Positions 22,300-33,800 of a stretch of DNA of 64,000 nt are shown one piece after another. A program made the translations under genes and the position numbers. The notes under the pieces are model-generated. The model worked only from the letters and a program-made list of their open reading frames with translations, did no database searches and had not been told where the DNA came from. Numbering within the stretch: the first letter of the stretch is position 1; each line of letters starts with the position of its first letter. The stretch spans positions 124,250,001 through 124,314,000 of the forward strand of contig CM059431.1 of the NCBI GenBank assembly GCA_030390025.1. The letters run 5' to 3'. This stretch comes from Squalus acanthias (Eukaryota).

Positions 22300-22710
22300 A
22301 CTGTCTGCATTTATATAGCACCTTTATAATAGAGAAATATCTCAAGGTGCTGCACAGTAGTGTTGGTAGGCAACAATTGATGCTGAGCCATTATTAGCCT
22401 ATATTAGGCTAACTAAAAGCTTTGTAAAGAGGTGGGTTTAAGGAGGGTGTTAAAGGAAGAGAGGGAAGTGGAGAGGCGGCGAGTTTTAGGGAGGGAATTC
22501 CAGAGTGTAGAGCCTAGATAGCTGAAGGCATGGCCGTTAATGGTGGGCGGCGGGAGCTGCGAATGCAGAAGAGGCACGAGTTGGAGGAATGTAGAGTTCC
22601 CAGAGAGTTGTCGGGCGGGAGAAGGTTGCAGAGATAGGGAGGGGCAAAGGCATGAAGGATTTTAAACAGAAGGATGACAATTTTAAATTGGAGGCATTGA
22701 GAAACCAGGG
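22300..22710 (-). mobile_element. L2-type LINE 3' fragment
   Basis: FKIVILLFKILHAFAPPYL-like ORF end; tail atttatatagcacctt also present at 59550. Confidence 0.65.
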
Positions 22711-24047
22711 ATGAGAATATGTTCAAAAATGCAGATTACCATAGGGAATGATAGAAAAGAAAAGTCTGAGCACACAGCAACAAAGAAAAGCAAAAATAAA
22801 TCACATTAATGTTCATGTAGCTGAACTCAAGTCTTGGCAGCTTTGTTGATTTGCACACAAATAAAAACAATAACAGGCAGTGACCTTTCATCTACGCCAT
22901 GCTAATGTGAAAATTTTGAAACTGATCTTTGTGCTTAGATCTTTTTGGAAATAAATTAGATTTTATTATAATGCAAGGATTTTACTATTATTATTATTGT
23001 AATTATTAATAATTATAGCAGGAAAATATGAACAAAAATCACCACCATTTGTGACTACAACATTAAGGTAACTCAAATAAATCAATAACTAGTCTACATC
23101 TGGAATCTCTAATAACCAAAAAGGACTGACATAACGAGCAAGCCAGCTTTGGCAAGGTCTAACTGAGGTAACATGTCAGATGATGTACCACGCCATATTA
23201 TGTCAATGCAATATTAACTGGCACTGTGACAGCACTGTCATTCTGTGGCACAGTACTATGAAGCACATTTCTTTCTGATAATGCAGTGGATTCTTCCATA
23301 TATGCCCCGCCATGCATTGTTCAGAGCAGGTTTCTTTCATGTTGATAAGACACTACCAGAAAACATCACTTCGGTGTTGTCAGTTGGACCCTATCATGTG
23401 ATGCAAAGATGTAATTAGAACTGAATTGAATACAGCTATTGAAGTCAAGGATGATTTTATGAATGTGCACTTCCAACACACAGCTTCACGCTACTCGAGT
23501 GCATAATAGCTGGAAAACCAAAGGGAGTGCATGCCTCTATTCCCAATAAGCACCCTTGACATTTTAAGCTGAGCTCCAAGAATGCTAAAGACAAAAATGT
23601 ACGCTTATTTTCCTCAAGCTATCAAACTCCAATGTGGACTATTAGTAACAATAGGGCTCATCCCTGATTGAACATTCCCAGTGAGGACCGGCATCCACAG
23701 GGAGTGTTACCCCAGGCATTATGGGGCCTGTTGGCTTAATTTTTGGTGGATGGAAAACCAGCCGCTGTGAATTCACAATTTCCAACCAGTCTTCCCTGTG
23801 TGTGTCATCAGGAGTGCCTGATGGGGAAATCAGGGTAAATGTTGGTACGGTGTTAAATACAGGACTACTGCATTTACTACTTCCTATAGTAAATTATGTT
23901 TTTGTAGGCAAACCCAAATTGTGTGGTATCAGACTACACAGACCTTCTAACTTTTGCTACGGTGACTTATATAAAGAAAAGAAACATTACAAGCAATGAA
24001 ATATTAGATTATGAACTTCTCAAAATCCTATTTGGTAAAAAGTAATT

Positions 24048-24810
24048 GTCCCGTAATTTGCAGTCAGCAGCGAAGCAAAGGCGTTCGCCGCTGGCCCCGA
24101 AGTAAGCTTCCCACAAAGATCTTGCGATCTATGTGGCGAGAAGTTTGACTTTTCCAATGTGCAGCTGAAATCAATGTAGTATACTGGGAATACCCTAGTG
24201 TGAGCTGCTGTGACGTCAACAAGCTGTCTAAGCAGCCAATCACATTGCAGAATTCTCATAGACTGAGAACCAGAAAATAGAAAGCACTATTAATCAATCA
24301 CTTTTTAAAAAATTTACAGAGAGCCAAATAAAGATTTTTACCTACACACTGGTTTAAGGTAAAGGCAGAAATATCATGAACAAACTTTTAAAAACATTTG
24401 AAATAATCTTTTTAAATTAATTTTAAAATCTAATAATGTTTAACTTAATGGTGAATTTTGACATTCCACCAATATAAAATTTGTTTTTCAGGGCCAGAAC
24501 GGTTGTTTATCAGTAGTTATTACTCAGATTGCCGTTGAAAACCCAGTTACACTTCATTTGAATGGGTCTAACTTTTTATGGGGTTTCTAACAGTGATATT
24601 TGTTCGGAAAAGGAGAAGTTCTCATCAGACTAGTGATTTCACTGATTGCCATCTCTGTGGGGTGGGGGGTCCACATTGCAGCCTGTGGAGGAGTAGTGAA
24701 TGGCAGACCGCGTTAGGCTGCACTAAATCCTGAAGTTGCGATCAGTTTCAAAGGCGAAATGACGGCGAACGCTGCCATTTTGCCGTCATCAGGACCACAA
24801 GTTCCGGGCC
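24048..24810. mobile_element. MITE, same family as 56477-57224
   Basis: g(g/t)cccgtaatttgcagtcagc...gaccacaagttccgggcc; ATT/AAT flanks; collinear with 56477-57224. Confidence 0.75.
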
Positions 24811-25184
24811 AATCACGGGCAAAGAACATGTTTTATCACTTCTCCTCCGCGATCCTAGCCAAAATTGGGTGGAATAACAGTACAAAATGACAGGAAATGT
24901 GGCCTGGGGACCACTGTCTCTCCAAGGTGGATGTCTGTCTCTCCAAGGTTTGAGATTTGAGCCCAGAGTCTACATCACAGTCATTTGAGCTTCCACCAAA
25001 GCTGCAAAAGCTATGAACATAGACTCCTGAGGGCCTAGCTGGAGGTGGCCACACTCTCCAAGTTAGCCTGCAGGGTGCTGATGCCCTGGGAGATGACACC
25101 ACAAGTGCTGGAAGCAGACTCCTCCACACTGGTGGTGAAATTCCTTGGCAGGCCTTTCAATACCTGATATAAAAATGTTTTAAT

Positions 25185-25430
25185 TCATTCCTAGGATGCG
25201 GGCATTGCTGGCACGACTAGCATTTATTGGCTATCTCAAGTTGCACTTGAGAAGATATTAGTGGGCCTTCTTCTTGAACCGCTGCTGTCCATATGGTGAA
25301 GGCGCTCCCACAATGCTGTTAGGTAGGGAGTTCCAGGATTTTGACCCAGCGATGATGGAAGAATTGCAACATATGCCCAAGTCAGGATGATGTGTGACTT
25401 GGAGGAGAATTTGGAGGTGATGGTGTTAGA
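25185..25430 (-). mobile_element. Non-LTR retrotransposon 3' fragment (same family as 61084-61700)
   Basis: Matches 61084-61320 (ggtagggagttccaggattttgacccag). Confidence 0.7.
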
Positions 25431-26170
25431 GGATAGGTATTCTTATTTATTATGTAATCCTCAAATCAGTAAGATTCTTATACATTGAATATCAGGTATC
25501 ATAGATTTATTAAATATACAGCACATGTATAATAGTACTTAAACATACACTGAAAATATAGACCTAGAAATTGGATATAGCCATGAAATGGACAGTGTTA
25601 AGGCCAAACGATGTTAAGCTGCACCACCTGAAAATGGTCTAGGTAGCCTGCAAAATTTGTGCTCACTCTTCATTAACATGTCATGATTTCAGCTTTAAAG
25701 CTGATGCTCATTGGCTTAACGCTCAACAGTTTAATTCAGTCATGTTTGCCGCAGGGCAGTTGGGTTTTCAGCTGCCCCAACAACCAGAAGTTCAAGGACA
25801 AGCAAGAGTTCTGTACACATAGCAGATTGTCGTACCAGAGAGAGAGCCAGGAGGTTCTCTGATGAAGCTCTAGAGGCACTCGTAGTGGCTGTGGAGAGGA
25901 GGTGGGATATCCTCTACCTGCAAAGTGGCAGAAAGCCCTCGCCCTATATGTCCCGTACCATGTGGTAGGAGATAGCGGACTATGTGACAGCCAGCACTGT
26001 GGTGACACAGTCCGCCATCCAGTGCAGGAAGAAGTTTAATGACCTCACAAGGTGGTCAAGGTGAGTGAAGGCTTCAGAAAATGCCATATCCCACCATCTG
26101 CACCACAAGCCTCACACACTGCTCAATGCACCACACCCCCAGCACTCACCTACCAACAATCTCTACCTTT

Positions 26171-27815
26171 TGTAAGGGATTCTCTCCTGACCCTGCGTGT
26201 CTCGTAGCCTGTGAGATTCACGCGGCTCTGTGCAGCCTGTATGTCAGTGCGGGTCTAGGCCTGGTCTCCAGCCAGTCTGGGAACACTAGACACACCTGTG
26301 AGTGGTTCGAATCACTCTCCCTTACGGTTCTAGACACTGGACTTAGATGCGAGAGCAGTAATGGAGATAAAACTCATGTAGACTTGGTTTGAACGGTACG
26401 AAATGGAAAATCTTTATTGCATGATACTTAAAATTATGAAATACATGTCATACGCACAGATTAATGACAGTACAATCTTACAAACGGTTATAATCACTCT
26501 TAGGGAAACGAGGAACGAACGGCACAACGTAAATAGGGCACACATTACCAATATCCTTAATCTTTACACCCTCCCCTATCAATATCTATCCTAAACTAGC
26601 TTCGTAGGATCTCGAGACTCATGCTCACCACTCGTAATAACTCGGAGAAATCCCGAATAGCTGATCGGATGTTTTTTACCGCAGCACCCACGTGTTGGTC
26701 AGGAGATCTCCTGGTCCCACTTGTTTACTGCTTCTGCTGCTCGGCCAGTCGGCTGGACCGTCCGCTGTAGTGAAGACCTCTGTTGGTTGACTTCACAGTT
26801 TAGTTGAGGAACACCGTTGTCAATATCACTGATACGATGTGTTTACACAGTCCAGTTATCATTGATGCAATATGTCTTGTTAAAGAAGAAAACTTCCTGT
26901 CGAGAAGACTTGGCTGATCGACCTACAGGCGCGGTCGGGATTTACTGACCGTGGCGATGGATAAGGTCTTCTTCTCTTCTCCTCTCATCTCATCTCATCT
27001 CATCTCGGGCCTTTGGTTCCGCTGCCAGTTACCAACATAGGTCTTCTTTACGCGACACGAGGTAGATCCGAACGGATCAGAAAGTTCAACAGTCTTTTAC
27101 ACAGGAGCAGCCACGAGGTTACGAATCGACCGGATAAAACACAGGAGCAGCCACGATGATAACAGCAGCAAGCGAGCAAGAGGCAAGAGTCAAGAGAGCG
27201 AATGGACGGTTTGGGGCCTGCAATTATAGTGCGAAAATCTTCCGTTTCCCGCCCAACTATAATGTCCATTCTTTTGTTTAAGGTTTGGCGCCCAAATGTC
27301 TTGTGTGGGTGATCTCCGTCCTTAATGGGTTTCGGGGCTACTCATGAATGTTTGAGTACCTGTTAATACTTCTCCCATTGTTAAATCGGTCGGTGTTCCC
27401 CCTGGAGGGGTTTGGGGCTTCCAAGTGTCCTGTATAACTACCTGCTAACGGCTCTCTCATCGTAGAGCCGTTGGGAGTTTGCATATTAATGTCCTTTGGA
27501 TGGGCCCTTGATGGCTTTCCTTTGTACCTGGGAGACCGATTCCAGTATCGATGTTTATACTGTAAACCCATAATATCTCGTGTATTATCTTCACTGTGCT
27601 GAATCGTTATCGATCCTGCAAAAATGTTTAATGGAACGCCATCTTGTCTGCCTGTTGAAAAGTCTAGAATGTTCTGTCACGAGGTGCGGCGGCCATTTTA
27701 CAGGCTGCTTGTGTCCAATTTAAACCTGACAGCATTCTGCTGAAATAAACGCTGTTTGAACGAAACTTTGTGTTTTCTCCTTATTAATCAAATCGTGATA
27801 ATTGCGAATTCTACA
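26171..27815 (-). repeat. 3' LTR of provirus B (1645 bp)
   Basis: Direct repeat of 37217-38861 (offset 11046); identical ORF-track translations. Confidence 0.97.
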
Positions 27816-28373
27816 GTCCCTCCTGTTGATGCGAATAACTCCGCTTATCGTATCAAAACTCTCAGTGGTGAGCAATCTTATCTCGATTTCACTCCGAATC
27901 CAGTAAATTAATCCCATAAATTTTAACTTAACTAGGGTCTCTGTGTCGTCCTTATTTCCCAAGAAAATCACATTTTATATCACCATAGGCATCATTTGCC
28001 CTTAAACTTACACCACTTGTTTTCCTTCCCGGCGTAACCAGGCCGATACCTCACGCATCACCTGTATATTTGTCTTTTATTCAGGGAAAGGAAAAACAAA
28101 ACCCAAAACCAAACAATCAACACCATCACCAAAATAAAACAAATCCCAACTCTTAAACATATCGAGTTTCCAACGTATTTACAATGAGTACAAACTTCCG
28201 CGGCGCACGTGGCGAGCGGGAGTGACGCCATTTTCCTATTACACGGTACTCTCGTCGTGCACGCGCACGTAACGTTCTCGCCACTCTCCCGTGTTCTCAT
28301 GCTTGGTGAGGCGCTTGTCTCTTTTACAATGTATGAACAATAGGTATACTACAATAAACACTTGACAGACGAC

Positions 28374-30590
28374 TCAAATGTGGGAGGCTATTCTGACCCA
28401 TGAGGGTACTTCAATATTAGTGAACAGATTCCACCACGGTGGAACCACTATGTCCAAAATGTCTGTTCCAATTTCGACGGTTTTCTGTTCTAATGTATAA
28501 AAATGCTTTTGTGACACCGCGACGGCTTTCAGAAGTTTGGTTAAATGCTCAGGGAGAGGGGGAATGAGGTATCCAAAATGCGCGACAAATCGCTGCAAGT
28601 CGGTGAAATTCTCTTTTACTGTGAGATGAACAGTGGATGGTTCAGGGATTGGGATAATTCGCTGTTGTGCTACTTGAACTTCAGCCCTGGGTTTAAAACA
28701 GAAACTGCTGTCACTCACCGGACACCGGCTACGGTTTCCATGCTGGTAGTGTTGCGCTGCAGTGGTAACACAATATGTTCCACCCCCGATGTATGCTACC
28801 TGCGGAGGCACATGATCTTGTGCCATTGCCTCCATGGTGCAATTCATGGACTTGGCGCCAGCCGTTCTGAACCCGCACTGTGGTGTTAAAAAGGCATTCA
28901 AGTGCTGGGGGCACAGTATTATGTGTGCTCCCCTGCCACGACAACCAGAGAGATCTGTACCTGTCATCGTTTGCTCCCAGCGGATGACGTAAGGTGGAAC
29001 CGCTGCATAACGAATGTGGGCTCCCCCCTGAATGACACCAATGTTCTCTACCCGATACACCGGGGCGGGCTTTGCTGTGTTGCCCAAAACCGGCATGCGT
29101 AATACTATTCCCATAATAGTATGGTTTGAACGTCCGCAGTCCACGGGGACTGGGTAAGCTTCTGAAGCTAGCCTGAGCTGGCACGGACTTAATGCGTTCT
29201 GAAAAGGGTGAAGCGCCCGTAGGTGTTTGTTACTTATCCAGGACGGAACCAAACCTTGTTTTAAATCCTCCAAATTACTGCGGCCCTCGCCCAGTAACCA
29301 CGCCCCGTAAAGCACGCACACCTCGTTCTGCGCAGCTTGATCGGATGCATTCCGATCTTCCCTGATCAGGGCATTTACCGTACGCGCATGTTTCTCCAGC
29401 TCTGCTATAATTTCCTTTAAATGGAGAGTCATGGCTTGGTCCTCATGCAGACCCGACCCTACCACTTTATTCTCATCTGTTAGAATGTCTTTTAACTGTG
29501 TTTTTAAACCATTAATCTGGGTCTGCAGCTCCACACTGTCTAGAGCGTTGACCACAGATGTCCCTGTGTTAAAAGCAGTGAACGCATCGTTCACCAAACC
29601 CCTTCTTTGCCTCCCTACTTGATCCAAAACTTCCTGCGGTGCGGTATACAAACTTGTCTTATCAATTTCTGCAAAATCAAACTCGTAAAATTGTCTGAAC
29701 ATCTTGGTCAACAGGACCTGATACAACTGTTCCGTCTTTTTGGGGCACCACTCTGGTAACCGTACCTCAGTGAGATTTAAAATCACCGAGGCCACCGCGT
29801 AATGTACCCCCTGAAATAGTATCTGGTCTGTGGGGACCAGTACCAAACCGTTCCCGGGTCCCTTACTAGTTTTAGGGCACCCTTCTTCCTCAGTTAGAAC
29901 CACCGGAATTGTGGGCGGGGCTTTGCGTGGGCGCGTAATGAGTTCAGTGGCATTTACTGGGATCGGGGAGAATGGGGCTCCGCACCCCCTGGTGCTCGCA
30001 TCCCACCTCATCCCCTGTCCGTTATCCTGCCACTGATTAATAAAAAATATGGAGATGCCTTTGGGGCAAACGTACTTTGACCCCCACATACAAACATAAA
30101 TCCCCTCATCCGGTTCCCACCATTTGTCCCAACAGACTTTCACTTGTCCGTTTGTCCCCGTAATTGTCCGATGGGTATTATTACCCAGTCGTTCCCACTC
30201 GACCGAAGAGTTCCTCATAGTTTTGCTCAGCTTTCGCAGCCACCACCATCGGCTCAATGGGACATCCCCACTACAGGTCAAACAAATCCGTTTGCCGACG
30301 GTGACGCTGATCCTGGGTGCGATGATCCGTACTTTGGGGCACATTAAAGAAGTCTCCTTGTAGGCGAACCCCGATGTGCTGGAATACTCCGTTGAGTTCG
30401 TTCCCAGCCATCCTGGCCACCTTCCCTTGTGGAAATAGGTGCTGGTCCCCTCTGCCTTCCGTCTTCCGGTCCCATCCACCGCGATGGGGGCCGTGTCCCC
30501 GGAACATCCAAACACCACGACATCCTTGGTGTGGCCTCGATAGGCCAATCCACATCCGATTGCCACGAGCAATACTAGAATTCGTTCCAT
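28374..30590 (-). CDS. env: Env (738 aa), truncated by TTA>TGA at the start of the TM helix; the downstream frame stays intact to ...RYVRVHDESTV*
   Basis: Differs from copy A Env at only 4 aa that I could find (L4I, L20H, N109D, D147N); CAC ATT TGA GTC here versus CAC ATT TTA GTC in A. Confidence 0.9.
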   Translation of the reverse strand: MERILVLLVAIGCGLAYRGHTKDVVVFGCSGDTAPIAVDGTGRRKAEGTSTYFHKGRWPGWLGTNSTEYSSTSGFAYKETSLMCPKVRIIAPRISVTVGKRICLTCSGDVPLSRWWWLRKLSKTMRNSSVEWERLGNNTHRTITGTNGQVKVCWDKWWEPDEGIYVCMWGSKYVCPKGISIFFINQWQDNGQGMRWDASTRGCGAPFSPIPVNATELITRPRKAPPTIPVVLTEEEGCPKTSKGPGNGLVLVPTDQILFQGVHYAVASVILNLTEVRLPEWCPKKTEQLYQVLLTKMFRQFYEFDFAEIDKTSLYTAPQEVLDQVGRQRRGLVNDAFTAFNTGTSVVNALDSVELQTQINGLKTQLKDILTDENKVVGSGLHEDQAMTLHLKEIIAELEKHARTVNALIREDRNASDQAAQNEVCVLYGAWLLGEGRSNLEDLKQGLVPSWISNKHLRALHPFQNALSPCQLRLASEAYPVPVDCGRSNHTIMGIVLRMPVLGNTAKPAPVYRVENIGVIQGGAHIRYAAVPPYVIRWEQTMTGTDLSGCRGRGAHIILCPQHLNAFLTPQCGFRTAGAKSMNCTMEAMAQDHVPPQVAYIGGGTYCVTTAAQHYQHGNRSRCPVSDSSFCFKPRAEVQVAQQRIIPIPEPSTVHLTVKENFTDLQRFVAHFGYLIPPLPEHLTKLLKAVAVSQKHFYTLEQKTVEIGTDILDIVVPPWWNLFTNIEVPSWVRIASHI

Positions 30591-30876
30591 CCTTCCTTGG
30601 TTCCTGTGATCAGATAGAATGAGGTAGCCAGCCTCGCAAAAAGGTCTCTGGCTGTTGTGAAGGGTGAGCGGGTCCCCTGACCTCGCCTCACGTAAACTTC
30701 AACGTTTGCTGAATAGACTTCCTCTAAACCTAGCCTTAAAACTCCCATCATTTTATCGTTTTCTGTTAAAAACACTACAAACTTAGCCTTATTAAAACTA
30801 CAAACTTAACCTTGAACTAAAACTTAAAACTTAAAACTAAAACTTTACAGTGCCGCCCGTTCTCAGGGCGGCCCCT

Positions 30877-33800
30877 TTAAATTCTGAGAAGGCTGCTGCG
30901 AGCTCTTCCCGACGGTGGGAGGGCACTGACCCTTCCCTCTGATCTGCCGCAGCCTGTTGCTGCGCTGACCCTTTCCTCTGATCTGCCGCAGCCTGTTACT
31001 GCTTCGATGTGGCCTGTCTCTACCCGGGTTATCTTAACCTGAAACTTACGCCTTGGGGCAGTCTGGGGACATGACCACATCCTCCTGGGCTGGGGTTCTC
31101 TACTAGACCTACGGGGAGTTGCTATGGGCGGGGGTTCCGTGACGGACGGACCGGGTTCCGAGACCTCCAACGGGACGACCTGGGGTTCCATCACAGTCGC
31201 CGACTCCGCCTCCGCTGACTCCGCCTCCCTAACCCCGGGGCTGGCATTTCGTGGCTCCGCCCTGCTCGGCCCAGCAGGCGGCCCTTCACTCGTGATCTCT
31301 GCCTCCCCTGAGGACTGGACGTTCAAAGCGGGCGGCCACACCTCTGGGAACCACATTGGTACTCTCTGTGCTCCTATAGCGGCTGGCCCCGCCTCCTCTA
31401 GCTCCTCCCTCCTGTACTCGGGACCTGCAGCTTGTGTGTCCACCCCGTGTGGATCTCTACCTATCGGCCCCAATCCTCCCAGACCGTTCCTCCGGAACCA
31501 CCCGTCATCATCACTATGCTCATCTGCACTATCCTCATCTGACCAGGGTACCCTGGGTTCTTCGTCATCTAACCCCCAACTCCAGAAAAACGCTGCATGA
31601 TCGTCCGGGATGTCCCTTCCCCTGATGCAAGCTGCTACGCCTGCCTGTGTGCCTTGTGGTCCTACCTGGGGCTGTGTTTTCCCATTGGCGGGATTTACCC
31701 CTGTAGTTTTCCCCTGCGCACCCGGCTGGTACAGTTTGCATTGGTTTATGTGGAACCACTTAGTGCGCCGAGGTACTTTTACGGCGTAAACCATGGGACT
31801 CGCCTTGTCTACAATGTTGTAGGGTCCCATATACAGTGGTTCCAGACTCCCTACTCTGGCGTAGTTTCTGACCATGACCTGGTCTCCTACTTCCCACTCC
31901 CGCGTTTTGCGGGGTTCCAGCAACAAGCGATTGCCCTGATGCTGCCTTCCCATGTTCCCAGCCGCCTGCTCATAAACTTGCTTCAGGCGCTCCAAGAGAG
32001 TTTGGGCGAACTTGTCCCTGCTGATCTCTTGAAGCTGACCCTCAGTGAGCACCGGGGCTAGCACATGGGTGGGGGTTCGCATGAGCCTGCCGGTCATTAC
32101 CTCGTGCGGGGAGTACCCCGTACTTTTTGACTGACTGGCCCGGACCCCCATGAGGACTAAAGGCAGAACTTCCGCCCATTTTTGGGGCGAGTTCCTAGTC
32201 TCTTTCCTCAATTTCTCCTTCAGGGTCCGGTTCATACGTTCAACAATCCCGGATGACTGGGGATTGTGTGCTACGTGCCACTTCCCTTCAATGCCCAAAA
32301 GCATGAGGGTGTTCTGCATCACCTGGCCGGTGAAATGACTCCCTTGGTCTGACTCCACGAAACGGGGGAGTCCCCACCGCGAGAACACTTCCCGGACCAA
32401 GATTTTTGCTGTACCCAGTGCCGTAGCTGTTCGACAAGGGAAGGCTTCCACCCACTTGGAAAACACATCCACCAGGACGAGGCAGTACTTATAACCTCCC
32501 TGGGTGGTGGGCAGGGGTCCTATATAGTCGATCTGTATCGACTGCCATGGTCCCTCTACCCTTCTTACGTGTCCCATGGGCACCTTCCTTTTCTGGGGGT
32601 CTGGGTTGTTTGCAGCGCACACAAGACAGTTAGCGCAGAACTCGCGGACTTGTTCCCTGAGCCCTGGCCACCATCCCGCTTGCTCTACCCGTTGCCAGGT
32701 AACCTCGGGCCCGGGGTGCCCTGCCCCTGGTCCCTCGTGAGCCAACTGGAGGAATTCCCTCCTGTGCTGCTGCGGCACAACCCACTGCTCCCCGCGGAAC
32801 AGCATGCCTTCCTTAACTGAGAGGGTTGCCGTACTGTACGGACCTTCTACCTGCCTCCCCTCAGCAATCGTTTTTAGGACTGCTTTTAGGGCGGGATCCT
32901 GGGCTTGGACGGTCTTAAGGTCTAGGGGCAATGCTACCCTGGTGTTCCCGGTATTCCCGTCCCCACCTCGGACCGCTGCTATGGGTCCGGTCCTATAGGG
33001 GTTCCAGAAAATACCGTCTCGGGCACCCTCCCTGGCTAGCGCATCCGCCTGCCGGTTGCCCTCCCCACGGGGCTCTGTGGAGGAGTGAGCTTTCACCTTA
33101 TGGATGAAAATCTCCCCTTCCTCCCCTACTGCTGCTGCTAAGATCTTTTCCAGCAAGGGCTTCACCGTTAAAGGTCGCCCGTCCGCGGAGGTGTATCCGC
33201 GGCGGGACCAAATGGCCAGGTATTCCGTACACGAATTGCAGGTGAACATACTGTCCGAGCAAATCGTGTATGGGGTTGGGAAAATGTCTGGGTGGGTCAC
33301 CACGTACACCACGGCAGACAGCTCAGCTTGCTGCGCGCTCATGGTGCTAGGGAGCTTGATCGCCAGGGCAAGGTCTGCCGCAGGGTCATAAACTCCACAC
33401 CCTGTGAGTCGCTCGCCAGCAGACACTGTGCTAGACCCATCAACATAAATCTCGCGCCCAGTGGGATGTATCCCGGCCCGTAAACCTATGTTGACGTCCC
33501 ACACCCCTTCCACCGAACACCGGTGGGCTGTACCGGGGTATACCAAATTGGCCGCAAGCCTGGGCTCGCAAAGACCTTTTACTCTAAGATCCAACTGGGA
33601 GAGAAGAAGGGTCCAACGCGCAATGCGTGCGCTGCTTACGGTCCCATCTTTAATCCTCCCATCCAGAAGCATCTTAGTTGGTGTGTGATGTGTGAGGAGA
33701 GTGATGGGAGAGAGCCCTGTGAAGATCGCTGATCTTTTCACAGCCCAATGCGTGGCTAAAAGGTGCCTTTCGCAATTGGAGAAACTTCTCTCCACATCCG

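Noticed and set aside
27720..27971. 83-aa ORF running from the 3' UTR into the B 3' LTR (nef/sag-like position)
   Set aside because: Non-ATG start; copy A has indels that give a stop in this frame.
30575..30775. 66-aa ORF between pol and env
   Set aside because: A 1-nt indel changes the C-terminus in copy A; no motif; cannot be supported as an accessory gene.
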